Below are positions 10,264 to 20,170 of a stretch of DNA of 64,000 bases, piece after piece (position 1 is the stretch's first letter; every line of letters starts with the position of its first letter). Below the pieces are notes generated by a model. That model worked only from the letters and a program-made list of their open reading frames with translations, made no database searches and was not told where the DNA came from. The position numbers were made by a program, and so were the translations under genes. Source of the stretch: an uncultured Clostridium sp. (lineage in GTDB: Bacteria; Bacillota; Clostridia; Lachnospirales; Lachnospiraceae); contig CAMEIH010000001.1 of NCBI GenBank assembly GCA_945917985.1, positions 43,984 to 107,983 of the forward strand, given 5' to 3'.

Positions 10264-11310
10264 CTAATTGTCTGCAAGTCTTTTTCCCTCATTATGGACA
10301 GCAATCCATTCCTTCGCCATCTTTTCATATTCTGATGCCTGCTCCTTCTGCCCCAGTTTTTCATAACACAGGGACAGACGCATAAGCGGGAGATCTCCCG
10401 AGCAATGAATGTTCAAAATACTCTCCGTCTCATGGAAAGCGTTATAATACCACATGGCTGCCTCCTCATAAATACCTGCTTCATAATAATATTCTCCCAG
10501 TTCAAAGCAGACCTCACTGACTCCCTCACTGGCAATATCCTTCATGGCATACCGGTACATTTTCAGATAATCCTTTCGAAGTCTTGCTGCCTTTACGATC
10601 ACGCAGACCGCCTCCTTCAGCTGCTCCATGGAAAGATCATCCGCATCCGCCTCCCGGGTAAAATACTCCTCTGCTTTCAGGAAATCCTCATCCGCTCCGG
10701 AGATAAAGAGCTCCTTTGCATAGATATTCTGAAGCCTTGCAGACAATCTCTGCTCTTCCTGCGTCTGTCTTCTAAAGGCTTCAAGATCCCTGCCCGCATG
10801 GCTGTTCTCCGGCAGGTGAGTGATGGTAATCTCACTGTCGTAGATCACAGGGGAAATCCGCACCGCTTCATGGATGGGTTCCTCCCACACGAAGGTGCGC
10901 AGCCTTTTAAACAGCTTCGGCCGAAGTTCCCTGTCAAAATTGTAGATCGTCCCGAAAGAAAGCTGGTTGCCGTAATACATTTGAACGATTTCTATTTCCG
11001 GCAGCAACGTTTCCTTCAGCTGTCTGAATCTCTCATAGTTTTCTTCATCCACTACTTCATCTGCATCAGCAGAATAAATATAATCACAGGAGGCCTTGGA
11101 AAATGCAAAATTCCTTGCCGCAGAGAAATCATGGATCCACTCAAAATCATATACCTTTTCCGTGTACTGTGCGGCAATTTCCTTCGTCCGGTCATCGGAA
11201 CCGGTGTCCACAATGATGATCTCGTCCATCAGCCCTTTTATGCTGTCAAGACACCTTCTCAATATCTTTTCTTCATTTTTTACGATCATACACAAGCTGA
11301 TAGTCACCAT
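10264..11310 (-). CDS. Family 2 glycosyltransferase with TPR-like C-terminus
   Basis: ISLCMIVKNEE, VDTGS, DFSAARN, DADE. Confidence 0.88.
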   Translation of the reverse strand: MVTISLCMIVKNEEKILRRCLDSIKGLMDEIIIVDTGSDDRTKEIAAQYTEKVYDFEWIHDFSAARNFAFSKASCDYIYSADADEVVDEENYERFRQLKETLLPEIEIVQMYYGNQLSFGTIYNFDRELRPKLFKRLRTFVWEEPIHEAVRISPVIYDSEITITHLPENSHAGRDLEAFRRQTQEEQRLSARLQNIYAKELFISGADEDFLKAEEYFTREADADDLSMEQLKEAVCVIVKAARLRKDYLKMYRYAMKDIASEGVSEVCFELGEYYYEAGIYEEAAMWYYNAFHETESILNIHCSGDLPLMRLSLCYEKLGQKEQASEYEKMAKEWIAVHNEGKRLADN

Positions 11311-11413
11311 ATAGCGCTTCTTCCTCCTGTAAGTAATTGACAACTTTGTCACTATTTACTATGATAATCAAAGAAAGTATAGCATAAAATCCTTGATAAG
11401 AACAGGAGTTATC

Positions 11414-13231
11414 ATGAAAGCAAGCCCGAAATTCACATTATTTCTTCATACCATAGAAAGCTTCTTTACCACTTGGGCACTGATGAAAGCATCAGGATTG
11501 GAACCCGGTAACATTCTTACCGGCGTTTTCTTTCTTCTTTCTTTTTTTCTTTATCGCAGAATTCACTATCGCCTTGGCGAGAAACCCTTTGTGCAGACTT
11601 CCTCTGTAAGAAGATGTGCCTGTGTAATTTCCGTCCTGTTCACATTGCTTTATATGGCAGTGGACGGTCATCATTATATTGCCCTTTTAACCAGCAGACT
11701 ATATCAGTCGATTATTCTGGCAGCTGTCTTCCTCGGATTTTATATTCTCTTTTATCAGCTCATCATGCTTCTGTTTTCCTATTCCGGAGACAAGGAGACC
11801 CTGCACAGGTATCTCTTTGTGACAGAAGAAAAAGAACAGCAGGGATTTTTAGAAAGACACAGCGGTGCCGTTTCCTTCTTCCTTTGTCTGCTGTGCTGGC
11901 TTCCTTATTTTCTGTATCAGTATCCCGGAATCATGACACCGGACAGCATCAACCAGTTTGAGCAGGTTTTAGGGGAAATACCCTACAGCAATCACCATCC
12001 TCTGGCACACACCATGGTGATCAAGCTCTTTTACAGCTTCGGGTCTCTGTTTACCGATAACAGAGTGATTGCCATTTCTTTTTATACCTTTTTCCAGATG
12101 TGCTTTATGGCTTTTTCCGTTTCCTATCTGATAAATACCTTGAAATCTTTCCGTTTAAAGCCCCTTGTGCTTTTTATCATCACTCTGTTTTATGCACTGG
12201 TTCCCTATCATGCAGTCTTCTCCGTTACCATCTGGAAAGATATCATGTTCGCAGGCAGTGTGCTTCTCTTTACCTGCTGTCTGCTTCGCTTCCTTCACGG
12301 GATGCAGCTTAAGACCATACTGATGTTTATCATAAGCGGTATTATGATCTGTCTTTTCCGCTCCAATGGTTGGTACGGTTTTCTTCTGTGTACCCCTTTT
12401 CTTCTGTATTATTACAGAAAAAAGGCCAAATATATCTTTCCCTCCATGGCTTTTATTTTATTGGCTGTTGTAGTTATCAAATATCCTGTCATGAATCATG
12501 CGCATGTGATCCGGCCCGATCTTATCGAATCACTCTCCATTCCCACCCAGCAGATTGCAGCCGTGATCTGCAATGACAGGGAACTGACACAGGAACAGCT
12601 TTCCCTGATCGAGAATGTGGTAGATCTGACTTATATCAAGGACCTGTACAATCCTACTTTCGCAGATAATATGAAGGAACTGGTACGTGCCGGCAACCAG
12701 TCCTACCTCTCCACGCACAAAAAAGAATTTCTGAAATTGTGGATAGAACTTGGGCTTGCCTACCCCGGAGACTATTTAAAGGCTTATATCGATCAGACCT
12801 ATGGCTACTGGTATCCCGATTCCTTCTATCTGGTAGCTGAGGCCGAGGGAGTCAGCGGTACAAAGCTTGGCGTATCCCACACGCCTCTGATCCGTGGTCC
12901 TCTGGTGGTAAAGGGAAAGGAAATTGCCGTCAAAATGGGCAGTATGCTTCCCATTTACAGCCTTTTGTGGAGCATGGGCGTTATTTTCTGGATTCTGGTC
13001 TTCTGCATTGGAAACGTTTTTGTGCGCAAAGAAAAAGCAAAGCTGATCTATTATCTTCCCAGCCTTGCTTTATATCTTACCGTTATGATTGCAACTCCCG
13101 TTGCCACGGAGTTCCGCTATGTGTACTTTATGGTATTTTCCCTGCCCTTTTATCTGATGACAGCTATTTTGGAGCTGCCTACAGCACCTTTGACAGGAAG
13201 TCCTGAAGACGTGGACTCTTCGGATTGTTAA
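11414..13231 (+). CDS. Polytopic membrane protein, DUF6020-like (possible GT-C fold)
   Basis: [23 protein letters not shown] motifs; many TM helices. Confidence 0.7.
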   Translation: MKASPKFTLFLHTIESFFTTWALMKASGLEPGNILTGVFFLLSFFLYRRIHYRLGEKPFVQTSSVRRCACVISVLFTLLYMAVDGHHYIALLTSRLYQSIILAAVFLGFYILFYQLIMLLFSYSGDKETLHRYLFVTEEKEQQGFLERHSGAVSFFLCLLCWLPYFLYQYPGIMTPDSINQFEQVLGEIPYSNHHPLAHTMVIKLFYSFGSLFTDNRVIAISFYTFFQMCFMAFSVSYLINTLKSFRLKPLVLFIITLFYALVPYHAVFSVTIWKDIMFAGSVLLFTCCLLRFLHGMQLKTILMFIISGIMICLFRSNGWYGFLLCTPFLLYYYRKKAKYIFPSMAFILLAVVVIKYPVMNHAHVIRPDLIESLSIPTQQIAAVICNDRELTQEQLSLIENVVDLTYIKDLYNPTFADNMKELVRAGNQSYLSTHKKEFLKLWIELGLAYPGDYLKAYIDQTYGYWYPDSFYLVAEAEGVSGTKLGVSHTPLIRGPLVVKGKEIAVKMGSMLPIYSLLWSMGVIFWILVFCIGNVFVRKEKAKLIYYLPSLALYLTVMIATPVATEFRYVYFMVFSLPFYLMTAILELPTAPLTGSPEDVDSSDC

Positions 13232-13901
13232 AGAACTCCTGAGGTGTGTTTTCCTCCATGATATTCCCGTCATCCATAAAGAGGACTTTCGTTCCCACTT
13301 CTCTTGCAAAGCCCATCTCATGGGTAACAACCACCATGGTCATACCGGTTTCCGCAAGTTCTTTCATAACCTCCAGTACCTCACCCACCATTTCCGGGTC
13401 AAGGGCTGATGTGGGCTCATCGAACAGCATAACCTTGGGGCTCATGGCCAGAGATCTTACGATGGCAATTCTCTGCTTTTGTCCGCCGGACAACTGGCTG
13501 GGATAAGCATCCGCCTTTTCCTTAAGGCCTACCCTATCAAGAAGCTTCAATGCATTCTCACAGGCTTCCTCTTTGCTCATCAGCTTTAATTTCACCGGTG
13601 CAAGCGTAATATTATCCATGATCGTGTGATTATTGAACAGATTGAAATTCTGGAATACCATTCCCATATGACGCCTTACTTTGTCGATATCAACCTTGGG
13701 ATCTGTGATCAGCTGACCGTCAAACCAGATTTCTCCGCTTGTTGGCATTTCCAAAAGATTCAGGCATCTTAAGAAGGTACTTTTTCCGGAGCCGGAAGGC
13801 CCTACCACAACTATTTTCTCTCCCTGATGAATATGATAATTCACACCCTGAAGCACGTGGTTATCCTCAAATGTTTTGTGTAAGTCTTTAACGATTATCA
13901 C
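13179..13901 (-). CDS. Polar amino acid ABC transporter ATP-binding protein
   Basis: [26 protein letters not shown]. Confidence 0.95.
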   Translation of the reverse strand: MIIVKDLHKTFEDNHVLQGVNYHIHQGEKIVVVGPSGSGKSTFLRCLNLLEMPTSGEIWFDGQLITDPKVDIDKVRRHMGMVFQNFNLFNNHTIMDNITLAPVKLKLMSKEEACENALKLLDRVGLKEKADAYPSQLSGGQKQRIAIVRSLAMSPKVMLFDEPTSALDPEMVGEVLEVMKELAETGMTMVVVTHEMGFAREVGTKVLFMDDGNIMEENTPQEFFNNPKSPRLQDFLSKVL

Positions 13902-14589
13902 TCTTACGCAGCCTCCTCTCCAGTCTTTCCAGTAAAATAGTCAATATTTTAATGATTGTGAAGTAAATCACAGCCGCTCCGATGAGGGGCATAAATGCCT
14001 CATAGGTTCTTGAAGTAATCTGGTTGGCTGCCCTTGTGAGGTCAGTCAGACTCACATAGCCTACAATGGCTGTTTCTTTCAAAAGAACAATGAACTCATT
14101 TCCGATAGGCGGCAGTACATTCTTAATCGCCTGGGGGATCACAATGTAGATCATGGTCTGTGCCTTGGAAAGTCCAAGACTTCGCCCTGCTTCCGTCTGC
14201 CCTTTGTCTACCGCCAGGATACCTGCCCTCACAATTTCCGAAACATAGGCACCGCTGTTGATTCCAAAAGAAAGCACTGCAACCAGAATACCGTTATGGC
14301 AGTTCTTCATGATCACGAACCACATGATGAGGAGCTGTAAAACCGACGGTGTTCCTCGGATCACATCAATATAGGCACCTGCGATTCTCGCCCAGATGGT
14401 CTTCTTTCCGTCTCTCTTTGTGGAAAGTCTCATAAGTGCTACCACCGTACCGATCAAAAGACCGATGATCGCTGCGAAAAAAGCGATCTCCAGTGTCACT
14501 CCGAGGCCCTTAATGTACAGCTTCCACCTGTCGCCTTCCACAAATGCCATGACAAACTTTTTGCCAACACTTTCAAACCATTCCTGCAT
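13888..14589 (-). CDS. Polar amino acid ABC transporter permease
   Basis: [26 protein letters not shown]. Confidence 0.95.
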   Translation of the reverse strand: MQEWFESVGKKFVMAFVEGDRWKLYIKGLGVTLEIAFFAAIIGLLIGTVVALMRLSTKRDGKKTIWARIAGAYIDVIRGTPSVLQLLIMWFVIMKNCHNGILVAVLSFGINSGAYVSEIVRAGILAVDKGQTEAGRSLGLSKAQTMIYIVIPQAIKNVLPPIGNEFIVLLKETAIVGYVSLTDLTRAANQITSRTYEAFMPLIGAAVIYFTIIKILTILLERLERRLRKSDNR

Positions 14590-14664
14590 ATGTTCTCCCT
14601 CAATCTCTATCAAATCTTCTCTGTCAAAAGTATCTTAAAACTTTCCGGTCAATCCCGATTATGG

Positions 14665-14695
14665 AAAGAGGATAGCATATCATGCTACCCTCTTT
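14665..14695. terminator. Intergenic stem-loop between binding-protein and permease genes
   Basis: AAAGAGGATAGCAT/ATGCTACCCTCTTT. Confidence 0.55.
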
Positions 14696-14724
14696 GATAA
14701 ACCTACTATATTTTACCGCATTTT

Positions 14725-15603
14725 TTATTCGGCTTCAATATAAGTTTTTACTAATTCATCAAAAGTGCCGTCTGCTTTCAGTTCGTCGATGGCTGCATTG
14801 ATCTGATCAGCTAATGCAGTATCTCCCTTAGGAAGTGCGATTGCATATTCTTCGGGCTCAAAACCAAACTCTGCACCGTCAACGGCAACTACCTGACCTT
14901 CAAACTTGCTCTCAAATACAAGGGCAGGGTTCTTGTCGATAATAACAAGATCAACTCTTCCGTTAACAAGGTCGTTCACTGCATCTACTGCCTTGTTGTA
15001 CTGGGAAACATTGCTTGTCAGTTCCTCAGCGATGAAATCACCGGTAGTTCCCAGCTGAACGCCGATTGTCTTATCCTTAAGATCGTCAGCTGTAGCAATC
15101 TCAGAGTCTGCAGGAAGGATCACATACTGAACAGCTTCATAATAAGAGTTTGTGAAATCAACGGTTTCCTTTCTCTCGTCAGTTACTGTCATACCTGCTG
15201 CAGCGATATCGATCTTGCTTCCGATAGAAGATACCAGAGAAGCAAATTCCATATTCTCGATCTGAACTTCAACGCCCATTTTCTCACCGATTGCTTTTAC
15301 CAGAGCCATATCAAAGCCATCAGGTTCTCCGTCATCACCAACATACTCAAAAGGCGGGAATTCTGCGTTGGTACCAACAGTCAGAACACCGTCCGCAAGA
15401 GCTTCGCTGACAGCTGCATCAGCTGTTTCTTCTGCAGGTGCTTCTGCGCTCTCTTCTGTCTCAGTTGCCTCCTCTACTGCTTCCGTTGTTTCTTCTGTTG
15501 CAGTCTCTGTCTCCTCAACAGAAGCAGGCTCACTGCTTCCGCATGCGGTAAGCATAGACATGGTCATTACAGCGGTAAGTGCAAGTGCTAAAAATTTTTT
15601 CAT
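14725..15603 (-). CDS. Amino acid ABC transporter substrate-binding lipoprotein (family 3)
   Basis: Lipobox LTAC, GTNAEFPPFEY, GVQLGTTG. Confidence 0.93.
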   Translation of the reverse strand: MKKFLALALTAVMTMSMLTACGSSEPASVEETETATEETTEAVEEATETEESAEAPAEETADAAVSEALADGVLTVGTNAEFPPFEYVGDDGEPDGFDMALVKAIGEKMGVEVQIENMEFASLVSSIGSKIDIAAAGMTVTDERKETVDFTNSYYEAVQYVILPADSEIATADDLKDKTIGVQLGTTGDFIAEELTSNVSQYNKAVDAVNDLVNGRVDLVIIDKNPALVFESKFEGQVVAVDGAEFGFEPEEYAIALPKGDTALADQINAAIDELKADGTFDELVKTYIEAE

Positions 15604-15631
15604 AATACTTCTCCTCCTTATAAATTACCGA

Positions 15632-15647
15632 CTGCATAAATATACAG
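15632..15647. promoter_or_regulatory. Putative ArgR (ARG) box
   Basis: CTGCATAAATATACAG imperfect palindrome resembling TGMAT-W4-ATKCA, upstream of the amino acid ABC operon. Confidence 0.5.
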
Positions 15648-15707
15648 TCTTTTTTATAAATCTTAAGGTAGTCTATCACTTTCAATGCATAAAATCAAGT
15701 ATTTTAT

Positions 15708-17546
15708 TTACACCACCACAATCATTTCCCGGCTCAGAGAGACAGACACCTTTTTCTGCTGACAGCACACGAGAAGTTCTTCCTCATCGCTCTTAAGCAG
15801 CCGAAAAGCACCCGGTTTCAGACAATATCTGTTGGTAACGGCCTTTTCCATCATCTGCTCTGAAATTTCAACCGTATATCCTTCCTCCTTCAGTAAAATC
15901 CTGCTTCTTCCAAGATAAACCAGTTTGCCTTCTCCGTTATCATTGTAAACCTTAACAGTCATTAACAGCAGATAGCAAAGCAAAAGGAAGCCTGCAACAG
16001 CCGTCAATGTTCCGGTAGTAATACTGATAACCTGAACCACCGGAGAAGCAAAAATGCGTCTCAGTTTTCCTTTTTGTCCATCCGGATCTACAATCTTGAT
16101 CTCCTGAAGATCCGCATTTTCGCTTTTCTTCTCATCCAGAGTCACTTCTTCCGATTCAAGCTTAGGGGAGGTAGAAGGAGCAGCCGAAACTCTGGCCGCC
16201 TCATCCGATATTTCTTTTTTTAAACTGTCATGTCCAAAACGACTGCCGGTTTCATCACTGTCATCATTTTCGTTATGACTGCTCTTTTTCGACAGTTTTT
16301 CCGGTACCGATGAAGCTGTTGCTGTGGGAGAGGGCGTGGCGGATGGCGAAGCGGACGGTGTCACCTCCGGACTGTATTCTGCCTGTCCGTCCTCTCCCTG
16401 GTCTGAGCCTGTCCCACCGGTACCATTGCCGTGACCGTCACCGTTGCTGCCACTTCCGTTCTCCTTTTGGGGCTTTACAATGCTGCTGACATCGATCTCT
16501 GCCTTTAAGCTGTCACGATTGATATCTTCATTCGATAGCCCTACCGTTACCCGATAAGTGCCATTTTCTCCCACTGTGATACTGCTTCCCGTACCAATGG
16601 TATTGCCCGATGCGTCCGTCCATGTATAGGGATCATCATTAAGCTGCAGTTCTCCTCCTGTCAGATCCTCCAGACTGATTTCCACTTCCGTTTCTTCCTT
16701 ATTATTTCCCTGATGCTCCGTTATGGTAATCTTACCGCAGGGTGTTTCTTCATCTTTTCCACAGCTGAGAGAATAACCATCGATGGTCTGCTCTGTCTTT
16801 TCGCAGTCAAATACATAAGAATCAATGGTAAGTCCCTGCGCTTTCTCGCAGTCAAATACATAACTTTCCGCTGTCTCCTCCGTTTTACCGCATCCTAACG
16901 TATACCGTTCAATAGTTCCGCTTTTATTGCAAACGGCAACCGTATGGGTATGTGAAGAATTGGTTCCATGTACGGTAGTGCCGCAGGACATTTCATAATA
17001 TTTGTAATCGTGACCTTCATAGTCCCCATCAGTCGTATCCCAATATCGCACTGTATAGCAACCGTATTCACTGCTTGAAATTGTCTTATAGCAACTGCCT
17101 GTGTGACTGTGATAAACCGGTACGAAGCATCCGCCTCCTTCCTGCGGGTTTCCGGCATGCTCATGACAAATAGGTGTTCCATAGCATTCACCGCCGTTTT
17201 GCTCATCTCCTGTGTGAACATGATAAATTGGCGTTTGATAACATTCTCCGCCCTCCGTTTCGTTTCCTTTATGGGTATGATAACAAACGCCGTGATAACA
17301 GCCGCCTTCCTCATCGCTGCTGCCGATATGCTGATGATAAATATAGGTAACTCTCCGATTTGCCGGTGCCTGATTTTCATCCGCACCGTTTTCTTCAGAA
17401 TCCGTTTCTGTCTGCAATTCTGTTTCCGTTGCCGATACCTCCATTACACAGGCACCTGACATACCGAGTAACAGAAGTGCTGCTGCAAGCTTTCCCATTG
17501 CCCGATATGTCTTTTTTTTGATTAGATTTAATATTGTTTTTCTCAT
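15708..17546 (-). CDS. Membrane-anchored surface protein with His/Cys repeats
   Basis: Signal peptide, HxH-x-G...GxCY repeats, CxK repeats, Ig-like segment, G/S/P linker, C-terminal TM; start moved to ATG 17546 behind AAGGAA. Confidence 0.75.
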   Translation of the reverse strand: MRKTILNLIKKKTYRAMGKLAAALLLLGMSGACVMEVSATETELQTETDSEENGADENQAPANRRVTYIYHQHIGSSDEEGGCYHGVCYHTHKGNETEGGECYQTPIYHVHTGDEQNGGECYGTPICHEHAGNPQEGGGCFVPVYHSHTGSCYKTISSSEYGCYTVRYWDTTDGDYEGHDYKYYEMSCGTTVHGTNSSHTHTVAVCNKSGTIERYTLGCGKTEETAESYVFDCEKAQGLTIDSYVFDCEKTEQTIDGYSLSCGKDEETPCGKITITEHQGNNKEETEVEISLEDLTGGELQLNDDPYTWTDASGNTIGTGSSITVGENGTYRVTVGLSNEDINRDSLKAEIDVSSIVKPQKENGSGSNGDGHGNGTGGTGSDQGEDGQAEYSPEVTPSASPSATPSPTATASSVPEKLSKKSSHNENDDSDETGSRFGHDSLKKEISDEAARVSAAPSTSPKLESEEVTLDEKKSENADLQEIKIVDPDGQKGKLRRIFASPVVQVISITTGTLTAVAGFLLLCYLLLMTVKVYNDNGEGKLVYLGRSRILLKEEGYTVEISEQMMEKAVTNRYCLKPGAFRLLKSDEEELLVCCQQKKVSVSLSREMIVVV

Positions 17547-17569
17547 ATTCTTTTCCTTTCGCTTAGCAT

Positions 17570-17645
17570 AAAAAAAATCTGCCTTTTGCGGAGTACCGCA
17601 TTTTAGGCACAAAAAACCTGTCCATGGTTTTGCCACAGACAGGTT
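17570..17645 (-). promoter_or_regulatory. Two tandem terminator-like hairpins in the 5' leader
   Basis: AACCTGTC...GACAGGTT plus T run (17611-17645) and TGCCT..GCGG-TACT-CCGC..AGGCA plus T run (17570-17609). Confidence 0.6.
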
Positions 17646-17688
17646 CACTGCTTTCTATTCACTTGTTCACTAAGCGGTAAGTGCGTTT

Positions 17689-17717
17689 ATCATAGCACGG
17701 TTTCCGTCCAGTGTCAA
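17689..17717 (-). promoter_or_regulatory. Near-consensus sigma-A promoter
   Basis: TTGACA, 17 nt, TGn-TATGAT. Confidence 0.75.
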
Positions 17718-18814
17718 TCTCGCTTTTGGAATAATTTTCCTACTGTCTTTTGCAGATTGGCAATAAGAAGCGGAATTCCGATTCCTGCCAGCAGGTAGAT
17801 CCATTTGGATGCCTCGGTTCCTCCCGGAAGAAAAATAAAATTAATTTCCGACAAGAACATTTCCGTATCAAATTCCGCGCAAAGCGGTGTCAGGATATGG
17901 ATCAGATAAAAGAAGGCTTTCACCAGAAAAAAGGCAAAGATATGGTGCATCATAATCGCGTAAGTATTTCTTCCTATGGTGACCAGTTTACCGGACAGAT
18001 AGGGAATGTCCTTTATGATTCTCGAAATCCGAAGCCAGAATGCAATTCCGGTCATAACGGTCAGATAGGGAACGACAGGACCATTGGCAAAGCTGGAAAC
18101 CCACACGGCACTGAAGGCAAGACCGCCGCAAAGCACCGTAATCAGAAGCTGGATGCCCATGACCAAAAGCAAATAAGGACCATCCGGCAATGTATCATAT
18201 TTCTCCAGTTTTTCTCTGTATAGATATCCCATCTGAAATCCCGGCATCATAAAAAGAATTCTTCCCGGAATTTTGTAAAGTCCCCACACATGACCGCCTA
18301 TGGCAAGCCAAACCGTCAGAATCCCAAGTATCAGACACCCTGCAAAAATAAGCCACTCATTTCTGATTCTTAACAGTGATAATACTTTTCTCATACACAC
18401 ATTTGCCGCTTCTATCATAAATAAGACAGGAACAAACCAGGAAGGAAACTGGTACATAAACTGATGTCCCCCGTCAAAAGGTGCCAAAAACAGTGTATAG
18501 AAGGAAATGTCCTGTCCGATGGTAAAACCCGCTCTGTGCAACAGCATAGTAAGGATTCCGTAAATCAGATTCCATATGTAGTAAGGCAGAAGGAGTGTCA
18601 GACATTTTCCAAGCAGATAGCTTATGATATGATCCTTTGATTCTTCTTTATAAAAATAGCCGGATACAAAGAGGAAAATAAAAACATGAAAAGAATAATA
18701 AGGAAAAAGACCACCGATGTCAAAAAGGTTGTAACCAAGGTGTCCGGCTACCACCAGGATAATGCCGATAGCTGACAGGATTCGAAGTTCTTTGTTTTCT
18801 TTATATTCTCTCAT
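17714..18814 (-). CDS. Acyltransferase family 3 membrane protein
   Basis: IILVVAGH, FHVFIFLFVSGYF, WF motif; about 10 TM helices. Confidence 0.85.
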   Translation of the reverse strand: MREYKENKELRILSAIGIILVVAGHLGYNLFDIGGLFPYYSFHVFIFLFVSGYFYKEESKDHIISYLLGKCLTLLLPYYIWNLIYGILTMLLHRAGFTIGQDISFYTLFLAPFDGGHQFMYQFPSWFVPVLFMIEAANVCMRKVLSLLRIRNEWLIFAGCLILGILTVWLAIGGHVWGLYKIPGRILFMMPGFQMGYLYREKLEKYDTLPDGPYLLLVMGIQLLITVLCGGLAFSAVWVSSFANGPVVPYLTVMTGIAFWLRISRIIKDIPYLSGKLVTIGRNTYAIMMHHIFAFFLVKAFFYLIHILTPLCAEFDTEMFLSEINFIFLPGGTEASKWIYLLAGIGIPLLIANLQKTVGKLFQKRD

Positions 18815-18837
18815 CGGATGATCCCCCACACAAGGAA

Positions 18838-19012
18838 TTACAGTTCAGCCCATTCCATTCACAAAGCCCGCACCTTTGGTGCTTTTTCGCTGCTTTGCAG
18901 CTTGCTTTGCTCATTGAATGGCGCTCCGCTCATGAAACGATAAGAAGAATGTGCTTTGTGTGCAAGCACCCACGCCCACTCTTCTTATCGTTTCATAGCT
19001 GAACTGTTTAAC
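18838..19012. repeat. Structured palindromic element (REP/MITE-like), copy 2
   Basis: Terminal inverted repeat ACAGTTCAGC/GCTGAACTGT; perfect 17-bp internal IR ATGAAACGATAAGAAGA (18932-18948 / 18980-18996); second stem CCATTC/GAATGG. Confidence 0.75.
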
Positions 19013-19066
19013 AAAAGTATACAAAAAATCATTGTATAAAGGAAGTAAAAATTTTATAATAGCCTT

Positions 19067-20155
19067 ATGAAAAAGACGAACTGTATTATAAAAGATAACA
19101 AAAACCTATTAATCAATCCTGTATTGTTTCCCCACAGGTACTTATTGGCATTGTGTGTTTTCCTTCTTCTTTTTTTCACTGCAGGCTGCGGCAAAAAGGA
19201 ACCTGTCACTGATTTTGTGCCGGAGGAGGGATATCTCAGACAGTCATCCTTCCTTGATTTTGATATTTCTTCCTTAAACACCATACCCAATAATCCCAAT
19301 CCCACTTTAAGCGTTCCCACCTATATCACTAAGATCGGGGATACTTATTTCATTGTGGATTGCTACAATAATCAGATTATTTACAATGACAACCTGTCTG
19401 ACCCGCTTTATGAATGGCAGGTCATGATAAACAATCTTTCACAGCCTCACACTATGGCGGGGGACGGATTTGTCTATGTGATTGATGACACGGAAAACAA
19501 CAGAATTCTGATCATGGAAAAAGGAGTCAACGAAAACGGTCATCCCGTTTTTATACCCACCCAGGAATTTACCGACGTCGGCAACAGACCGCATTATATC
19601 ATTTATGATGAGGCAACGAAGACCTTCTATGTCTGGAGTTCTCAGAGCGGAGAAATGTATCTGCTGCGGAGACCTTCTGACAGCACTACCATGTATCTCA
19701 CAGAAATACGTTCCGTTCCGGCCCTAAGCAATGTTTATGTCCGCTCCTTTACCATCGTGGATGACACGATTTACTTTGTGGCGGGTATCGGCAGTTCTTC
19801 CATTATAGAAGCCGACCTTGCTACCTTTGAAGTGAAAAAGGAGTATCCGGTGCCTGATGAAATTGCCGGTATGATTCAGATCACTCCCATAGATGATTAT
19901 TATTACATTACCGTTTCCACGGACGCATCCGGGAATCAGGATTATGCCACCATCATTCGCACCAAAAGCTTAAAAGATCTGCAAAAGGGCGAATATGAAG
20001 ATATTTATGAAAACTTTGTCGGCGGAGGAACGCCCTACTATATCACAAAAATAAATGACAATTTTTATCTCACAGAACACCGTCTGCCCGGGCATTCCAT
20101 CTGGAGTTTTCAGGTGACGGACAATATCATTACCAATGTAACTGCTATTTATTAA
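19067..20155 (+). CDS. Hypothetical lipoprotein, probable beta-propeller
   Basis: Lipobox TAGC; NHL-like YFIVDCYNNQI / YVIDDTENNRI repeats. Confidence 0.65.
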   Translation: MKKTNCIIKDNKNLLINPVLFPHRYLLALCVFLLLFFTAGCGKKEPVTDFVPEEGYLRQSSFLDFDISSLNTIPNNPNPTLSVPTYITKIGDTYFIVDCYNNQIIYNDNLSDPLYEWQVMINNLSQPHTMAGDGFVYVIDDTENNRILIMEKGVNENGHPVFIPTQEFTDVGNRPHYIIYDEATKTFYVWSSQSGEMYLLRRPSDSTTMYLTEIRSVPALSNVYVRSFTIVDDTIYFVAGIGSSSIIEADLATFEVKKEYPVPDEIAGMIQITPIDDYYYITVSTDASGNQDYATIIRTKSLKDLQKGEYEDIYENFVGGGTPYYITKINDNFYLTEHRLPGHSIWSFQVTDNIITNVTAIY

Positions 20156-20170
20156 GGAGAAAAATTTCCC

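Noticed and set aside
10405-11340. 311-aa + strand ORF and the many other antisense ORFs in the track
   Set aside because: Fully overlap well-supported genes on the opposite strand and show no motifs.
17570-17690. c-di-GMP riboswitch
   Set aside because: GGCAAA and GCCTAA fragments occur, but the GEMM two-stem/GNRA architecture could not be built; kept only as an unexplained leader.
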